This document shows, piece by piece, positions 6,869 through 15,638 of a DNA stretch of 27,545 bases. Position numbers and translations under genes: made by a program. Positions within the stretch are counted from its first letter, which is position 1, and each line of letters starts with the position of its first letter. Source of the stretch: a virus (Duplodnaviria > Caudoviricetes); the IMG/VR virus record IMGVR_UViG_3300033050_000026, positions 1-27,545 of that record; one strand, written 5' to 3'. The notes below the pieces were generated by a model that saw only the letters and a list, made by a program, of their open reading frames with translations, made no database searches and had not been told where the DNA came from.

Positions 6869-9800
6869 TTATAAATCTCTCGGTGGCCCTGTTAATATAG
6901 CGCCAATAGTTTTTACGCCTTTCACTTCGCCTTTCTCTACCGCAATGATACCATCTACTGTTGCCTGAATCTGGCCAGCCGGATAGTGAAGCACCGCCCC
7001 GCTCACCTTATTTAGCGACCGCCAGAAAGCACGATCTGCCTCACCTTGTCCAACTTGAGTCTCAAGATTCGATATGTCAGCAAATGGCCTTAACCCAGCC
7101 GGGCCTTTATAGCCATATGTTTCAAAACCAAATAACGCTGGGATACCAGAGGCAAGCTCTCTAGTTGGGATAGTCATAGCCAGTAGAAAACTTAGCTGCT
7201 CACTACCCAACTTTCTAGATAGACATTCAGGCTCCATATCGCATTCAGATTTGAGCATTTCTTTTAGCGCAACCGAAAATAGAGCCGGAACAGTATTAAT
7301 AATAAGAAGCTGGCCCGCATACGCCAAAATCTCATCAGGCTTCTTTAAATCAGCATTCTTGAATGCCTCAACATTAATATTATAGGTGGCAGAAAAATAG
7401 GAATAAAAGTTAGTGAATAACTTTCCTAGTGGGCCTCCTCTTTGAATTCTTGATAAGTCGCCTATAAGCCCTGATGATTGGGTATCCTTAACCGCTTGGT
7501 CAGCAATCGATACCGCACGTTGATCGATGTGATCCCTAGTCTTTTGGTCTTGAGCTGTCTCAAGTTGAAGATCATCAATCGCTTTGTAATAGGCGCCCCA
7601 CCAGGTTGGAACATCTACAGTCTTTTGCATCTTTTGGATCATGTAGAAATTACTTGCCTTAAATGCTGACAGACCTTTACCAGACTGAACAATATTTAAA
7701 ACCTCGTTAATTTCACGTTGCATAGTGATATCACGGAATCTCATGGTCTTGGACTTCTCGCTGGCTATCCTCCCTGCCTCAATAGGATTAGCCATGTATT
7801 TAGCGATGCCTAGGGCCATGTGCTTGGCTCCTACCCTTGACCAGCTTTGAGCCAGACCTGATGGCTGGATAAGCGCCGTAGTTACCCGCCAACCAAGGCC
7901 AACAATAGTAGCGCCAACACGCAGCCTATTAACCATGGTCTGCCAGTAATTCTGAGCCGGTTCTGAACCAATAGCGATATCTCTAATCGTGAATTTAAGC
8001 TCATTAATCAATTCAACGGAATGGTGCTCGCGCATAGTTGAGTCGAGCGATGACATCAGCCTATTAGCATCAACAAGCCAGTCCTGGTGTGAAAGCCAGT
8101 GATTAACCTCAGAAATATGGCTTGAGATAACACTAAAATTTAATAATATAGGTCTGCCATGAACTTCCTTTGCGCGCTCTTTAGCAAAAGAATCACTAGC
8201 CGCCGATCTATTAAATAAACCTTTCATATTCAGGCTAAGTGAGCTTGCAGCCTCAAGGCTTTGCGATCTTGATGATAGCTTAGCATCGTATTTCGCAGGG
8301 TAATATCCTCCGGGTATGGTTCCATTTTTAGTGACAATAGGGCTTGCTTCAACCCACTTTGGAACTACACCTGAAAGCTTCTTCATCATTTCGCCAACAC
8401 GACTTCTTTTGCTGTTAAACAAATCGAAAATCCCTTGTATGAAGGCGAGATCATCTACAGTTAACGTATCAAGAATAGCCTGAGCGTGTGACTCAGGCAT
8501 AGAAATCTTGCCTGATAGCCCACCAGATAAAAGACGCTGGCGACTTCCTTCGTTACCCCAGTTAAGCCCAAATGAAAGAATCTGTTCTTTCGTCATGCTT
8601 AAATTGGTTCCAGAAATAAGCCGCTTCTGAGCAAGAATATTAAAAGGAATCCCACCCTTTTGAATATCTCCAATAATAGGCTCGAATAGCTTGATAACAG
8701 CCTGACTGTCAAGATAATTGGCTTCTGTCTCATTGTCTCCTGACTCGCCCATTCCACGAGTCAGAAGGTTATAAAGAACACCATTATCTTTTCCTCCGTC
8801 CATCTCTCTAACTATTGAGGGAAACTTTCGATGGATTGCCGCAAGGTTTCTGCCACCATCCGCTAACTTCCCCAACATATCGCTAGGCGTTCCGCGCTCT
8901 TTTACTGTTTTATTGGCATTAGCAACTAATGACTCTTTAGCTTTTTCTACTGTTTCAGCGAAATCGCCAAACTCTTTGTTTCTCATCAAAGTCTTTGCCA
9001 TTCGACCAATATGTTCAATATTCTTTATTGAATCGACTAGCCCGCTGAACTCCTCTACAGTCATATCCTTATAATGCTTTTTATTTGAAACAAGAGAAGG
9101 GTCAACAATAGGCGCAAACCCTTCTGCTTTCTGAGACTCAATCCAATCATTCAAGCTAGTACGTCGGTCAATCTCTTTTAGCGAGACATTCTTGCTTATG
9201 TCGTGGGCATTCAATATTGAATCAATCTGATCCAGTGCGTCAGAATCAATATTCTTTCTCGTCCCTTGCTTTTTAAACTTAGCAAGATGGGTCAGGTCAG
9301 AATCAATCTTATTCTCTGCATTCGAAGCCTCACGGAATAAGTGATTATTGAGTACCTGCTTACGTTTCTGATCTGCCGCTGTGGCTATATCATCCTTGGC
9401 AAAAGCGTCAAAGGCTTTCTTCCCTGCACGTCTTTCCTCAGCCAAATATTGATTGGGCGCTAGCTTTCTTATTTTTAAAGCAGAAATTGCGGTTATTGCA
9501 AACTCTTTAGCAGACTTTCCAAGCAACGATGGCTTTCCCGTTCGCTCAGCAAGAATTCTATACTGAGTATGAAGGTGCCGCGTCCTAGATTGATTGTGAA
9601 CGGCTTCTGATGCTGCCTTCCTTATCGCCTCAGGGCTTGTAAGGTCACCGTAGCGCTCAAACAGACGTTTCTCGGAAATCTCGGTTATCCGCTCTTTTAT
9701 TGGCTGAGCAGCAAGCACCGCATGAATTAGCGCATCACCACTAGAGAAGCCAAATAATGTAGCAGCCTCGTCTGGGTGAATGCCTTCATCAGAAACCATA

Positions 9801-12800
9801 TTGTTTTTCCCTCCACGCCTGAACTTGGACAAATCAAGGGTGCCCCATCCAGCCTCTAAAGTTCCTCGATGCAACTTAACCTGTCGCATTGATGCAATAG
9901 CTTGATATACAGGCTCTTCCGACACCTCTTGAGACGCTTCGCTCCTTGCAGCTTTGCGCTTGGCCTTGGCTTCATTCGATAGCTTCTTAACCAGCCTAGC
10001 AGGAGCCTTTTCAAGCCATTGCATGTCTTTAAGTCTGCGAGCGTTTAAATTATCCTCAGCATCCAGATAAATGCTTCTTTCATTTATCTGATACTCTTCC
10101 CATCGCCCATCATCTAACCCAGACTCTTCTTGTCTTTTAAAGATTGGCCTGTCAATCAACTCTGATATCTGATCTTCCGCAGCAATCATTCGGTCAAAGA
10201 CACCACGCACTTCATCGGTTAGCTGTACATTTAACGATGTTAGCGACTTGTAAACATTAATCAGCCATGACCTGAATGTTTGGAACAAAGACACTAATTC
10301 AGCACTCGGCGCTTTGCCTTCAAATAAATAAGCCTCGAAACTTCTGGCTATGATCTCATGCCCTTCGCGTCGCTCTTCATGGCTCTTGGCATTCCATTCT
10401 TCGAGCGTTTCCACTCCAATGTTTTTAAGCAATGCCTGCATGTCATCAATAACTTGCTGTGGAGCGTCAGGCTGTGATGCAATGTCACGGTAGACCTCAA
10501 AGAAGAAATGACCAGACTCATGCAAGAAAGAAGATAAATCGCTTTTCTCCAGCAAAGATATAATATGAGGCGCTTTTGTGATGTCATCCGGTAGCTGTAT
10601 TACGGCCCTGTCGTTTTGAGATAAGTCATCCCCCTCAATAACCCCCTGATTCAGTATATTCGGGTCGTTGGGGTCAAAATTTCCCCGGTTGTTAACAGAT
10701 TTTATTTGATTCGGTTCAAAGACCACTATATGGTCTGCGGACTGATCTATATCCTGGTCAGCATTATCAATTAAATTCTTTATGATAAGACCATCATGGC
10801 CTTGCTCTTTCGCTTGGCTTATGGCCTCGTGAATTTCATCTGAAATATCAAAAAACCTTTGATGTTCCGCATCAAGTTCAAAAGGATTATTGATTGATAC
10901 ATAAGCTTCTATAATATTTTCTTCAGGATCGGATTCTTGCTCTAATTTTTCTGCTTGAGATAATAGTTCATTCGACAGATCAAAATCACCTGCAAGCTCC
11001 GCCTCTTCTGATCTCAAAACCAAATCACCTACTGGCCGCTCATTGGCAAGACGACTGTAACCAGCCGCAACATCCCTATCATTTACAAAGAAAAAACCCG
11101 CCTCTGCTGATTTCGCTTTTGTGACAGAACCTAGCTTCTCTTTAAGGAATTGATCGCCACCAAGCCCTGATTCTGACGTCCCATGATAAACAATAAGCGG
11201 ATCACCTTCCTCATTGACAACCTTAGAATCACCGAACCATTTTGAAAATTCTTTGCTAAGTACAGGAGCAGACTGATCGAAGTTAAGCCCCCTTGTCTTC
11301 GACCCCCTGACTTCAAGTCCATATCGCTGATAAGCTTTCTCAGGCGTCACCGCAAGACGATCTGCCAAGACAATAGAGAACGACCGATGCAATGAGGCAT
11401 ACTTCGTAGCAACGTCCTTAGAAGCCCTTCCAGAGCCTATAATTTGATCGACAAGATTGTCTCTTACACGATCCGCAGACTCCTCTACCTCCTGCCTTTT
11501 AGCGCTTGCTGATAAAATCTCGTCAGCCTGAGCATTGAGCTGTTCATTCGCATCCTGTTCTTCGATCTCTCTGGCACTTAGTCCATCCAGATCATTTCTT
11601 ATGTCATCCCTTAGCTGGTCATGGTATTGCCCAAAATAGGCAACATAGTCAGAAACCAGTATTGGAATGTCATTCCCTGTTTCCAGTGCAGCCTTAATGT
11701 CGCTAGCCAGGTCAGGAATCTTGCTTTGCAGGTCAAGAATAATCTCTTCGTTTTCCTGAAAAAAAGTTTTTGCCTTTTCAATAGGGATTAAAACAGACTC
11801 ATCTACACCAACAGCTTCTTGTAAGAAAGTCTTGATTGAATCAGGTGATCTTTGCGCTGTTTTGGCTGCCTGAACCGAAGCAATTAAATCATCAAGACTC
11901 TTTAACTTCTGCTCAGAAGACAGGTTTTGCCTCTGATCTTGTGCAAAGGTTCCCAGTATCTTAGAGGCTCCATGTGCTATCGACGTCTGTCCGCCAGTAC
12001 CAACTAACGTTGCTATTAAAGTCTGGTATGCAGCAGAAGGTCGCTCATCAATATACTCAGACAAAGGTCGGTCTGGAGTTAAGACTATGTGCGAATTTAA
12101 GTCTTGAAGAATTGTCACTGCCTGTTCTTGAGGTACCTCAATAATCGCCTGGTTAAGCAAAGTCTTAAATAATGACGATCCTATCTTAAGGTCGCCCAAC
12201 AGCCTAAGCGCAGGGAAAAGCTCCGCCGTCACCTCAATAACTGCATCAGTAGACCCAAATGACAGCGCTTCAATACTGTTCTTGCCAGCCGAAAGGGCCG
12301 TTCCAGCGGATGATCCGCCCGCTTGTACGCCAGCACCCGCAAGCATTAGCGATGGATTACCAGTTAAAACTGACCCCAATAAATAGGGCAATTGAGCCCC
12401 TATAGACTGCAACCCTGACACTACCCCTGATTCCGTTTCGCTAAGACCTTCAAATGCTTTGCCTGCAAAACTGTCGCTTATTTCTTTATCAGTCAGGAAC
12501 TTTTTGGCTAAATTCCCTGACGTATTCCCTTCAATTCCAAATAAAGAATTAAAAGGGGTCTCAACAAAGTCAGAGAATATCTGAGCACCCTCGGCAAAAA
12601 GTCCGCTCGCACTACCAGCAGCAACAAAAGGCGCTGTAGATAATCCTCTGCCAATCAATCTGGCCGTATTCTCAACAAGTGAAAGCTCCTCCACATCGTC
12701 ATGGGCTAACGCTGCGAATTCAGGGTCAAGAAACTGACGCTTTAGAACAGGGGATAGGTCTAATGTCTCCCTGACCTTCCTAAGCTTTTCTCTTTGAGAA

Positions 12801-13039
12801 ACCTCATCAAAATTGTCTTCAATATAATCAATCGGTAGCCCAGACGATCTTGACAGGTCTTTAGATGTTGAGAATCTATCAGGGCTATTTTTAATGACCC
12901 CTTCGACAAGACTATTAATAGCAGTATCACGCTGCTTTGTTCTTTCCCCTACAGCCTCATCGGCTAAAGCAGAAAAATCATCATTATTAACCGCATTAGC
13001 GCCAAACCGGCTCTGAACAGCCTCATCATAAATATTCAC
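6869..13039 (-). CDS. Large internal virion/ejection polyvalent protein with ADP-ribosyltransferase-like (ART-PolyVal-like) domain and HExxH zincin-like motif
   Basis: Occupies the T7 gp16-like position. FSKWFGDSKVV..PLIVYHGT..GFFF..AYVSINNP..GHDGLII..VVFEPNQIKS at about aa 593-798; FLHESGHFF..HEIIARSFEAYLFEG at about aa 840-910. Confidence 0.8.
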   Translation of the reverse strand: MNIYDEAVQSRFGANAVNNDDFSALADEAVGERTKQRDTAINSLVEGVIKNSPDRFSTSKDLSRSSGLPIDYIEDNFDEVSQREKLRKVRETLDLSPVLKRQFLDPEFAALAHDDVEELSLVENTARLIGRGLSTAPFVAAGSASGLFAEGAQIFSDFVETPFNSLFGIEGNTSGNLAKKFLTDKEISDSFAGKAFEGLSETESGVVSGLQSIGAQLPYLLGSVLTGNPSLMLAGAGVQAGGSSAGTALSAGKNSIEALSFGSTDAVIEVTAELFPALRLLGDLKIGSSLFKTLLNQAIIEVPQEQAVTILQDLNSHIVLTPDRPLSEYIDERPSAAYQTLIATLVGTGGQTSIAHGASKILGTFAQDQRQNLSSEQKLKSLDDLIASVQAAKTAQRSPDSIKTFLQEAVGVDESVLIPIEKAKTFFQENEEIILDLQSKIPDLASDIKAALETGNDIPILVSDYVAYFGQYHDQLRDDIRNDLDGLSAREIEEQDANEQLNAQADEILSASAKRQEVEESADRVRDNLVDQIIGSGRASKDVATKYASLHRSFSIVLADRLAVTPEKAYQRYGLEVRGSKTRGLNFDQSAPVLSKEFSKWFGDSKVVNEEGDPLIVYHGTSESGLGGDQFLKEKLGSVTKAKSAEAGFFFVNDRDVAAGYSRLANERPVGDLVLRSEEAELAGDFDLSNELLSQAEKLEQESDPEENIIEAYVSINNPFELDAEHQRFFDISDEIHEAISQAKEQGHDGLIIKNLIDNADQDIDQSADHIVVFEPNQIKSVNNRGNFDPNDPNILNQGVIEGDDLSQNDRAVIQLPDDITKAPHIISLLEKSDLSSFLHESGHFFFEVYRDIASQPDAPQQVIDDMQALLKNIGVETLEEWNAKSHEERREGHEIIARSFEAYLFEGKAPSAELVSLFQTFRSWLINVYKSLTSLNVQLTDEVRGVFDRMIAAEDQISELIDRPIFKRQEESGLDDGRWEEYQINERSIYLDAEDNLNARRLKDMQWLEKAPARLVKKLSNEAKAKRKAARSEASQEVSEEPVYQAIASMRQVKLHRGTLEAGWGTLDLSKFRRGGKNNMVSDEGIHPDEAATLFGFSSGDALIHAVLAAQPIKERITEISEKRLFERYGDLTSPEAIRKAASEAVHNQSRTRHLHTQYRILAERTGKPSLLGKSAKEFAITAISALKIRKLAPNQYLAEERRAGKKAFDAFAKDDIATAADQKRKQVLNNHLFREASNAENKIDSDLTHLAKFKKQGTRKNIDSDALDQIDSILNAHDISKNVSLKEIDRRTSLNDWIESQKAEGFAPIVDPSLVSNKKHYKDMTVEEFSGLVDSIKNIEHIGRMAKTLMRNKEFGDFAETVEKAKESLVANANKTVKERGTPSDMLGKLADGGRNLAAIHRKFPSIVREMDGGKDNGVLYNLLTRGMGESGDNETEANYLDSQAVIKLFEPIIGDIQKGGIPFNILAQKRLISGTNLSMTKEQILSFGLNWGNEGSRQRLLSGGLSGKISMPESHAQAILDTLTVDDLAFIQGIFDLFNSKRSRVGEMMKKLSGVVPKWVEASPIVTKNGTIPGGYYPAKYDAKLSSRSQSLEAASSLSLNMKGLFNRSAASDSFAKERAKEVHGRPILLNFSVISSHISEVNHWLSHQDWLVDANRLMSSLDSTMREHHSVELINELKFTIRDIAIGSEPAQNYWQTMVNRLRVGATIVGLGWRVTTALIQPSGLAQSWSRVGAKHMALGIAKYMANPIEAGRIASEKSKTMRFRDITMQREINEVLNIVQSGKGLSAFKASNFYMIQKMQKTVDVPTWWGAYYKAIDDLQLETAQDQKTRDHIDQRAVSIADQAVKDTQSSGLIGDLSRIQRGGPLGKLFTNFYSYFSATYNINVEAFKNADLKKPDEILAYAGQLLIINTVPALFSVALKEMLKSECDMEPECLSRKLGSEQLSFLLAMTIPTRELASGIPALFGFETYGYKGPAGLRPFADISNLETQVGQGEADRAFWRSLNKVSGAVLHYPAGQIQATVDGIIAVEKGEVKGVKTIGAILTGPPRDL

Positions 13040-14817
13040 TAAAGACCCGCCTCAAAACTTGGCACATCATCTTTTAATCTGCTTATATCCAATGAGGGAC
13101 GAACTCTTCTCTTCATTAGACGCTGTACATCAAGGTAAGTCTCAGCAATCGCTTGCTCCGTGACAGAATGCCCCTGACTCTCAAGTGATTGAATAATAGA
13201 CTGCCTGTCATTTCTCGGTATTGAGCTAAGCCTAACCTCTTGACCATTAACAAGAACAGAAGCAGTATCAAGCTGGTCATCTGTAAGCGCAGAAACAGGC
13301 ACACTTTCCTTAGATGAAAAGAATCCACCCCCAACTAATGCCGTATTGGTAAACGCCTTAGTCACAATGTCAATCTCAATGTCAGGCGTGATCTCTATCC
13401 CCCTGGCAACAAGCGCTCTTAACTTACTATCAATTGATAGCGTTATATCTGCATATTGCTTTTTCTTCTCACCCTCAATATTTGACGGCGTTTCATCTCC
13501 AGAAAGATAGCCAGCAGAAATAGCCACTGTATTGATGGTTTCCTTAAAGCTAAAGTTTGACTTTTGCTTTGATGATCTACTGGATCCAGCCTCCCTCACA
13601 GTATCCCATTCATTAATAACAGACGACCAATGGCTATCATCAAGACTGTCATAGTAAGTTGAGAATAAAACAGACTTTGGTATCTTCTGAACCTCGGCCG
13701 GAGTTAGAGAAAGGAAGTCAACATAAAGCCTATCGTCATTAACAGGCTCCACTCTCTCACGCGAACCTCGATGGAATCCCTTTACAATAGAAAGCTCCTT
13801 CGGGGTAAGCTCAGCAATTACATTTGCCGGTATCTCACTAAACCCCCCCTCCCTGGTGATATCAATAGCACTGTCAAAAATCTCATCGTGGGCCTCTGCT
13901 TCGATTGCGTCACGGTCAGAAAATTCCGATTTAATCCTGCCAACAACGACATCTCTATCTTTCGTATTTTGTATTTTCTTTGCCTCAGCAAGCGCACCTT
14001 TAATATCTCGGTTTCTAACAAGAATTCCGTCAGTTAATTCTCTTTGCCTGTCAAGATCTTGACCTATGTTCACTGCGCCTGTAAGCCTAGTCCGATTAAT
14101 GTCGCTTATTTCTTTGTTGTGCGTATCAAGATAGGTTTTTGCATAACCATTGCTTTTATTCGACAAGGCATTCTCGATAACACTTGTGTGGATGTCAGAT
14201 ATAGAATCAAGCTCTGTAGCTCTAGCCTGAGCTGGAGCAATTCCAAGCCTTTCAGAATTGTCTCTTTCAAGCTTTCGTGTGCGCTCTATTGCAGTCCCAA
14301 TAACGTTGGGATTACTCCACCCTAGCGCAGCACCTTCAAGCTCAAGCGCCTTACCTCCTTCATATACTTGACCCGCATGAACCGCTCTCTCTTTAACTAA
14401 GTGATTCGTTAGACTGCCATCAAAATTGAGCTGATGAAGCTCTCTCTCTTGCCTGAAAGCCTCTCTTTGCTCATTATTAGTTAATGTCGCTCCAATCTCA
14501 TCCGCCGCAAGCGAAAATCTTTGGCTGTAATCCTTGTAAAAGTCACCAGAAACAACCTGGCCAGACCTCTTTTGAGAATATCCATCATCACCATTTGAAA
14601 GCTCTAGCGCCTTCCTCCTCAGCTTGTTGACAGCGCTATCAGACTGTACCGCGTCATCTTTTCGCTTCTCCTCAGAAAAATATAACTCAATGTCCTTGCC
14701 AACATTAGAAACACCAGCTCCAACAGAGCCTGTGCCCCTGGGCCCACTGACAACTCCGCCAACAGATACAATAGGCCTACGGCCACCTAAATCTCTCTGA
14801 TCCGGGAATCTAGCCAT
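13039..14817 (-). CDS. Internal virion/ejection protein
   Basis: Position between the small and large ejection proteins; Gly-rich N-terminus then helical charged body; no catalytic motif recognised. Confidence 0.65.
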   Translation of the reverse strand: MARFPDQRDLGGRRPIVSVGGVVSGPRGTGSVGAGVSNVGKDIELYFSEEKRKDDAVQSDSAVNKLRRKALELSNGDDGYSQKRSGQVVSGDFYKDYSQRFSLAADEIGATLTNNEQREAFRQERELHQLNFDGSLTNHLVKERAVHAGQVYEGGKALELEGAALGWSNPNVIGTAIERTRKLERDNSERLGIAPAQARATELDSISDIHTSVIENALSNKSNGYAKTYLDTHNKEISDINRTRLTGAVNIGQDLDRQRELTDGILVRNRDIKGALAEAKKIQNTKDRDVVVGRIKSEFSDRDAIEAEAHDEIFDSAIDITREGGFSEIPANVIAELTPKELSIVKGFHRGSRERVEPVNDDRLYVDFLSLTPAEVQKIPKSVLFSTYYDSLDDSHWSSVINEWDTVREAGSSRSSKQKSNFSFKETINTVAISAGYLSGDETPSNIEGEKKKQYADITLSIDSKLRALVARGIEITPDIEIDIVTKAFTNTALVGGGFFSSKESVPVSALTDDQLDTASVLVNGQEVRLSSIPRNDRQSIIQSLESQGHSVTEQAIAETYLDVQRLMKRRVRPSLDISRLKDDVPSFEAGL

Positions 14818-15304
14818 ATTTTCCGAACAATCCCCCTATCGTTCTTGCTGCTCCAATATTATTCGCGTCCCTAGACGCATCAGCCTCAATCTCCACAACA
14901 TTGCCGCGAGCAATAAGCTTGTCACTTAATGCCCTGCCTCTGTATAGTTGTATCGCAGCGCGATAAGCTCCCTCACCGTCAATATCAGCTATCGCCCTTG
15001 CTGTTGATGGGTCAGCAGCCCCACCCCCTGCGGCCGCCACAGCTAGCGCCCGAGAAGCTAGTATCTTTGCCTGTCTGCGCTCCTCCTGTGCGCTATGCTG
15101 GCCTTGTGCGACCTCCTGCCCAGCTTGATAGTTAAGATTGGCTTGAGTGGTGTCTGCCGCCGCCGATTCTGCTCTACCAGAAAGAACCTGACCGAGAGCA
15201 TCAAATACCCCGCCAGATATAGCTCCCGCCTTGTTCCAGTCAAAAGAAGGCTTAGATATAATTCCAGTTGACGAAACAGATTTAGTATTACCTAAATTAG
15301 CCAC
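14810..15304 (-). CDS. Small internal virion protein (T7 gp14-like position)
   Basis: Start revised to GTG 15304 (SD GGGAGG); Ala/Gly/Gln-rich, AVAAAGGG motif. Confidence 0.65.
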   Translation of the reverse strand: MANLGNTKSVSSTGIISKPSFDWNKAGAISGGVFDALGQVLSGRAESAAADTTQANLNYQAGQEVAQGQHSAQEERRQAKILASRALAVAAAGGGAADPSTARAIADIDGEGAYRAAIQLYRGRALSDKLIARGNVVEIEADASRDANNIGAARTIGGLFGKYG

Positions 15305-15638
15305 GGATATAAACCTCCCCGCGATAAGGCTTGAAACCAAAATGCCTCAACATTAACTCAGCCCCATCTTCTTTTCCTATCGTTGCATAAACAGGGATCA
15401 TATAGCCGTCAAGCATGGAGAAAATCATCCTAGCCCCCTTTATTAGATGACGCTTATAATATTTCAATTCTGCATTCTTTTCGATAAATAAATGAAAGCT
15501 GTTTAACACAATATAAACCCCAACCATACCCACTACAATTCCATTGTCAACCAAGCTAACCCCCATCATTGACTGACTAGGTCTGCCATTAAAAAAAACT
15601 CTAGCGTCTTCCTCTCTCGTGGGCCTAAGTTCTATCAT
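15297..15638 (-). CDS. GNAT-like virion assembly protein (T7 gp13-like position)
   Basis: Start revised to MIELRPTREED at 15638 (SD GGAG); VVGMVGV and LRHFGFK resemble GNAT motifs; directly after tail tubular B. Confidence 0.6.
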   Translation of the reverse strand: MIELRPTREEDARVFFNGRPSQSMMGVSLVDNGIVVGMVGVYIVLNSFHLFIEKNAELKYYKRHLIKGARMIFSMLDGYMIPVYATIGKEDGAELMLRHFGFKPYRGEVYIRG

